A stretch of DNA of 62,969 nucleotides, the filler included. It is 8 parts of 8 records of this genome, joined end to end, with 100 filler letters (N's around TTAATTAATTAA, not from the genome) between each part and the next. Parts side by side here need not be neighbours in the genome. Positions count along the whole stretch, not along the records: positions 57,499 to 62,969 come from SRR31156797_8087; 7 more parts are not named here. One strand, written 5' to 3'. The translations under genes and the position numbers were made by a program. The notes under the pieces were generated by a model. That model saw only the letters and a program-made list of their open reading frames with translations, did not search any database and was not told the origin of the DNA. Below are positions 59,353 through 62,969 of this stretch, one piece after another; the stretch's first letter is position 1, and every line of letters begins with the position of its first letter.

Positions 59353-62300
59353 TTAAAATAGTACTGTAGCAACTGGAAATAGAGAATCAACTGTAGTACC
59401 ATTTCCAAGTTGACCATAAGAATTATTACCTGTTGCATACAAAATCTCATCTTCTTTCATTATTAGACTATGGTGAGACCCTGCTGATGTCCCCGACACA
59501 TTTCGCTCTATAAATACGGGAATATTCCGATTCGAATCTGTACCATCTCCTAATTGGCCACTTGTATTCCTCCCGGTAGCATACAAGGTTCGATCTTCTT
59601 TAAGAATTAGAGTATGATATGCTCCTGCCGAAACTGAATATACATTGTTCATTATGAATACTGGTGTAGATTTATTTGAATATGTTCCATCACCTAATGC
59701 TCCCCACCAATCATTCTTCCCAGCTCCAAAAAGTTCTCCATTTTCCTTTAAAAAGAGACTATGATCACTACCAGCAGAGATTGAAGCAACGTTGTCCATT
59801 ATAAAAACAGGGGTTGCCCTATCAGTCGTAGTAGAATCTCCTAACTGGCCATTATAGTTTCTGCCTGTAGAATATGCCTTTCCATCCGCTTTTAAAATTA
59901 GACTATGATGAAAACCAGCAGAAATACTAACAACATTATTCATAATTGACTCTGGCAATGATTTATTAACAGTTGTGGAATCACCAAGTTGTCCATAATC
60001 ATTTCTACCCATACTGTAAAGTGTTCCATCAGTTTTAAGAACAAGACTATGATAACCTCCCACAGAGATATCTGAAACATTATCCATGATAAAAACTGGT
60101 GTGGATTTATTTTCATTAGATCCATCACCAATTTGCCCATATGAATTGTTACCGGTGGCATATAGTTCACCATTGCCCTTGAGGATAAGACTATGCGCTG
60201 CTTGAGTTGCTATATTAACAACATCACTACTGATGAAAACGGGATTGTATCTCCTTGTATTTGTACCATCTCCCAATTGTCCATAATCATTTGCACCAAC
60301 ACCATAAAGCTGATTATTTGAATTAATATAGAATGAATTATTCAAACCTGCTGATAGTAATTTTGTGTGAATTGGTAGTGAAAGTACATTCGCCTCAACT
60401 GTACAACTAAAACTTGAAGAAGTTGTTGATAGACCATCAGAGACTGATAATTTTATATTATACACTGTAGATTGCTCAGGTGTTTCAGAAAACATATAAA
60501 CATTCGATGTTACTTCGGGTTGCAAAGTATCATCCACAAACCATTTATAAGTCAACGCATCATCTTCAGAATCATCTGCAATTCCAGTTAAGACCAAAAT
60601 TTCACCAAATGCTACACTCTGCACTGTACCTTGAATTTCTACAATGGGAGGAGTATTTATCACAGGCTCATTAATCACAAGAACGGTACTATCTTCAGAA
60701 GACAACTCGCGATCCTTTGCAACTACTTTTACTGAATATACTTTTTGGGATACAGGATTATCTGTAAAAGTGAAACTTGAACCATTCTCATTATTTTGAA
60801 TAATATCATCTACATACCACTGATACGAAATATCATCCTGCTCAGCATCGACAGCACTTACTGTAAAAATCGCAGTTCCACCATTAGGTATTGAGGCATC
60901 GCCTTCTAATATTGAAACACTAGGAGCCGTATTCTGAATCCAAAGAGATTCAATATTTGAAATGTTATTAAACTCATATCTTTCGATGATCGTATTATCA
61001 TAATCTGCAATTAATCCCATATAAGCAATATGCCCCGGGAATGATTCAGGAAAGTCTGTGATAAACTCAACGGTTATTATTTCACCGGGAGATATTGATG
61101 AAACAGACTTGCTATCTATAATTAGATCGGTTGTTGTTATCGTTTCGTCTTCTGATAGAAAGAAACCAACATTGAAAGAACCAGAATCTTCTTCACCTCT
61201 ATTTATTATTCTATTTGAAATCTGAATATAATCTTCGTATGAATCTGTTCTATCAATAAAGGATCCATTTGTATCGACACTTTGTCCGGGAGTCCATGGC
61301 CAACTACTCCATATTTCTAAATCAACTTCTCCGGCAACTATGTCATTATCAATAGTTAGGAGACCTGATTCTTCTCTCCATGTAGATACACCATAAGGTG
61401 TAATGTATTGAATAATAACTTTAATAGGATATTCAGCGCTGAATGAAGAAGCATCAATTGTTACGGAATTACTTCCATTCGGAACATTGGAGGCAATACT
61501 GTATATATTACCAAACCTTTCTAAATCACCGTTTTCAATACTCACTACACGGCTGGCACATTCTCTCCATGAGTATGCAGTTAAAACAGAGAACCTCTCA
61601 CTACCATTACCGCCTAATAAATCAAAATCAATAGTAATACTCTTTGATGCAGAATCATAAACTGGTGTAGACATAGATAAGGCGATTTCTTCATCCTCAA
61701 TAATGAATTGCTCAATTATTGAATCACTCCAATTACCAGCACCATCAACAGCAAATACATGACATTCATAGTTTCCAGATACTAAATCAGTAGTAGATAT
61801 TATCTGGTTTCCTACTGTTTGACCGAGCCTAAATTCAGAAGTTGGAAGATTATTATACTGAATGACACAGTCGCCTCGTGACAAATCTAAAATACAGATT
61901 GTATACTCTACACCACTCTCATCTTGTACATCATCCCAATCGAACTGATTATAAGCAGCCATGTTTACAGTTAAATCTGTTGGACTAGGAGGATTTATTT
62001 GATCCTGCTTACACTCTATTGTTTCCGGAGCATACAGCTTAGTCCTCCTCGGCGTCCCGGTAAAAGTAATAGTGCTAGCAGGTGTCTCTCCCCCAGTGGT
62101 TGTGGTTTCATAACCAAATATATCATTTAACGCCTGTTCAACTGAAGTTTCAGACTCATAATATTCATAATCCATCATAGCATTCGTTATTTGAGAAAAC
62201 TTATACATTTTGGAGGCAGCAGTGGCTTCACCAACAACTCCAAATACTAAAGTGCTATACCAGCTATGATGAGTAGTAAAAATACGCATTGTTTGATTTT

Positions 62301-62757
62301 CTTCATCAACAAAACCATCAATGAAACACCATGTTGAACCATCTTCCGAATATACTGGAATGATTAGTTCATTTTCTGAAACAGTTTCAATAGGAAACTC
62401 AATCATAATCGGTTCATCATATTGAGAACCTTCAGGATTTATTTCAAACATATTTTCTGAAAAAGAAATACTAATATCTTCTGAAAGAATAGGATCTAAT
62501 GTTATTACTGGAGGCTCTGCTTCGTAAACTTGAACCTCAAAAGAACGCTCTACGTCTGTTTGAGGTATTGAGATTAACAAATTCTCATATAGAATGTCTC
62601 CACCAGTGCTACTAACTAACACACCTTCCTCTGACTCAGAGACAGATGTTTGCATAATACCCTCTTCAGATGTACCTAACATCTCTCGCATATCACAGGC
62701 TGAAAAGGAAATTATTATAAAACCTAGGAAGATTAAGAGGTATAAAGATTTTCTCAT
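59353..62757 (-). CDS. Large surface lipoprotein: ZU5-like, FN3/CARDB/Ig-like domains and seven RCC1 repeats
   Basis: Lipobox FSAC, TTHHSWY, AVDGAGN, IADYDNTIIERYEFNN and seven GxNxxGQLGDG-type units. Confidence 0.85.
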   Translation of the reverse strand: MRKSLYLLIFLGFIIISFSACDMREMLGTSEEGIMQTSVSESEEGVLVSSTGGDILYENLLISIPQTDVERSFEVQVYEAEPPVITLDPILSEDISISFSENMFEINPEGSQYDEPIMIEFPIETVSENELIIPVYSEDGSTWCFIDGFVDEENQTMRIFTTHHSWYSTLVFGVVGEATAASKMYKFSQITNAMMDYEYYESETSVEQALNDIFGYETTTTGGETPASTITFTGTPRRTKLYAPETIECKQDQINPPSPTDLTVNMAAYNQFDWDDVQDESGVEYTICILDLSRGDCVIQYNNLPTSEFRLGQTVGNQIISTTDLVSGNYECHVFAVDGAGNWSDSIIEQFIIEDEEIALSMSTPVYDSASKSITIDFDLLGGNGSERFSVLTAYSWRECASRVVSIENGDLERFGNIYSIASNVPNGSNSVTIDASSFSAEYPIKVIIQYITPYGVSTWREESGLLTIDNDIVAGEVDLEIWSSWPWTPGQSVDTNGSFIDRTDSYEDYIQISNRIINRGEEDSGSFNVGFFLSEDETITTTDLIIDSKSVSSISPGEIITVEFITDFPESFPGHIAYMGLIADYDNTIIERYEFNNISNIESLWIQNTAPSVSILEGDASIPNGGTAIFTVSAVDAEQDDISYQWYVDDIIQNNENGSSFTFTDNPVSQKVYSVKVVAKDRELSSEDSTVLVINEPVINTPPIVEIQGTVQSVAFGEILVLTGIADDSEDDALTYKWFVDDTLQPEVTSNVYMFSETPEQSTVYNIKLSVSDGLSTTSSSFSCTVEANVLSLPIHTKLLSAGLNNSFYINSNNQLYGVGANDYGQLGDGTNTRRYNPVFISSDVVNIATQAAHSLILKGNGELYATGNNSYGQIGDGSNENKSTPVFIMDNVSDISVGGYHSLVLKTDGTLYSMGRNDYGQLGDSTTVNKSLPESIMNNVVSISAGFHHSLILKADGKAYSTGRNYNGQLGDSTTTDRATPVFIMDNVASISAGSDHSLFLKENGELFGAGKNDWWGALGDGTYSNKSTPVFIMNNVYSVSAGAYHTLILKEDRTLYATGRNTSGQLGDGTDSNRNIPVFIERNVSGTSAGSHHSLIMKEDEILYATGNNSYGQLGNGTTVDSLFPVATVLF

Positions 62758-62766
62758 TGTTGTCTC

Positions 62767-62967
62767 CTACTCAATAGTGATTTTATATATCGCTACATCA
62801 TTTAGATTAATATCATTCAAATATGTATTCCCATTATTTAAGAACTGAGCTTGAAAATCATAAATTCCTGACGGAATATAGATAGTTTTACTTGAAGAAG
62901 GTGATAGGAATGATGGATATAAGAGGTCGTTCCCCCAATCATCAGAATTTGATAGCTTAGCATTAAA
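62767..62967 (-). CDS. C-terminus of a hypothetical exported-type protein (truncated)
   Basis: Open frame FNAKLSNSDDWGNDLL...GIYDF...ITIE* ending just before the lipoprotein RBS. Confidence 0.6.
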   Translation of the reverse strand, partial: FNAKLSNSDDWGNDLLYPSFLSPSSSKTIYIPSGIYDFQAQFLNNGNTYLNDINLNDVAIYKITIE

Positions 62968-62969
62968 AA

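Noticed and set aside
59353-60360. Nucleotide repeats in the lipoprotein C-terminus as a possible DGR variable region
   Set aside because: Explained by RCC1 protein repeats; no reverse transcriptase or adenine-specific TR/VR pair seen.

Overview
The window is not one locus. It is eight unrelated contigs joined by 100-bp N/TTAATTAATTAA linkers. (1) 1-14509, probably Desulfovibrio-like: an integrative mobilizable element starting at a tRNA-Pro 3' end. It carries a complete type I-C CRISPR-Cas system, an XRE regulator, a minimal MOBP relaxase, MobC, a candidate oriT, a coupling protein, an HTH Rep and an excisionase. Two non-coding structures here are the most unusual things in the window. One is a CRISPR array in which all 11 repeats differ, yet nearly all keep the crRNA hairpin through G-U wobble or compensatory changes. 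The other is an unannotated array of ~59-nt units of alternating, co-varying hairpins upstream of the excisionase. (2) 14610-22182, AT-rich, Arcobacter-like: a pseudokinase-AAA-GAF-GGDEF protein, a cyclophilin and FtsI. (3) 22283-30793, Bacteroidota: ettA, gpsA, a deoxynucleoside kinase, a C69 peptidase and a Met-rich lipoprotein. (4) 30894-37066: trpG/pabA, tpx, TlpA and a CHASE2 adenylate cyclase. (5) 37167-46913, deltaproteobacterial: TRAP transporter, ICL-family lyase, GntR, leuCDB and an HMGL-family lyase. (6) 47014-52139, spirochaete-like: YesM/YesN and a sugar ABC transporter. (7) 52240-57398, Vibrio: an integron cassette whose attC is truncated by an AlpA-bearing island. (8) 57499-62969: an integrase/excisionase island with a resolvase remnant and an RCC1-repeat lipoprotein. 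Taxonomic assignments are inferences from composition and gene style. No database searches were run.
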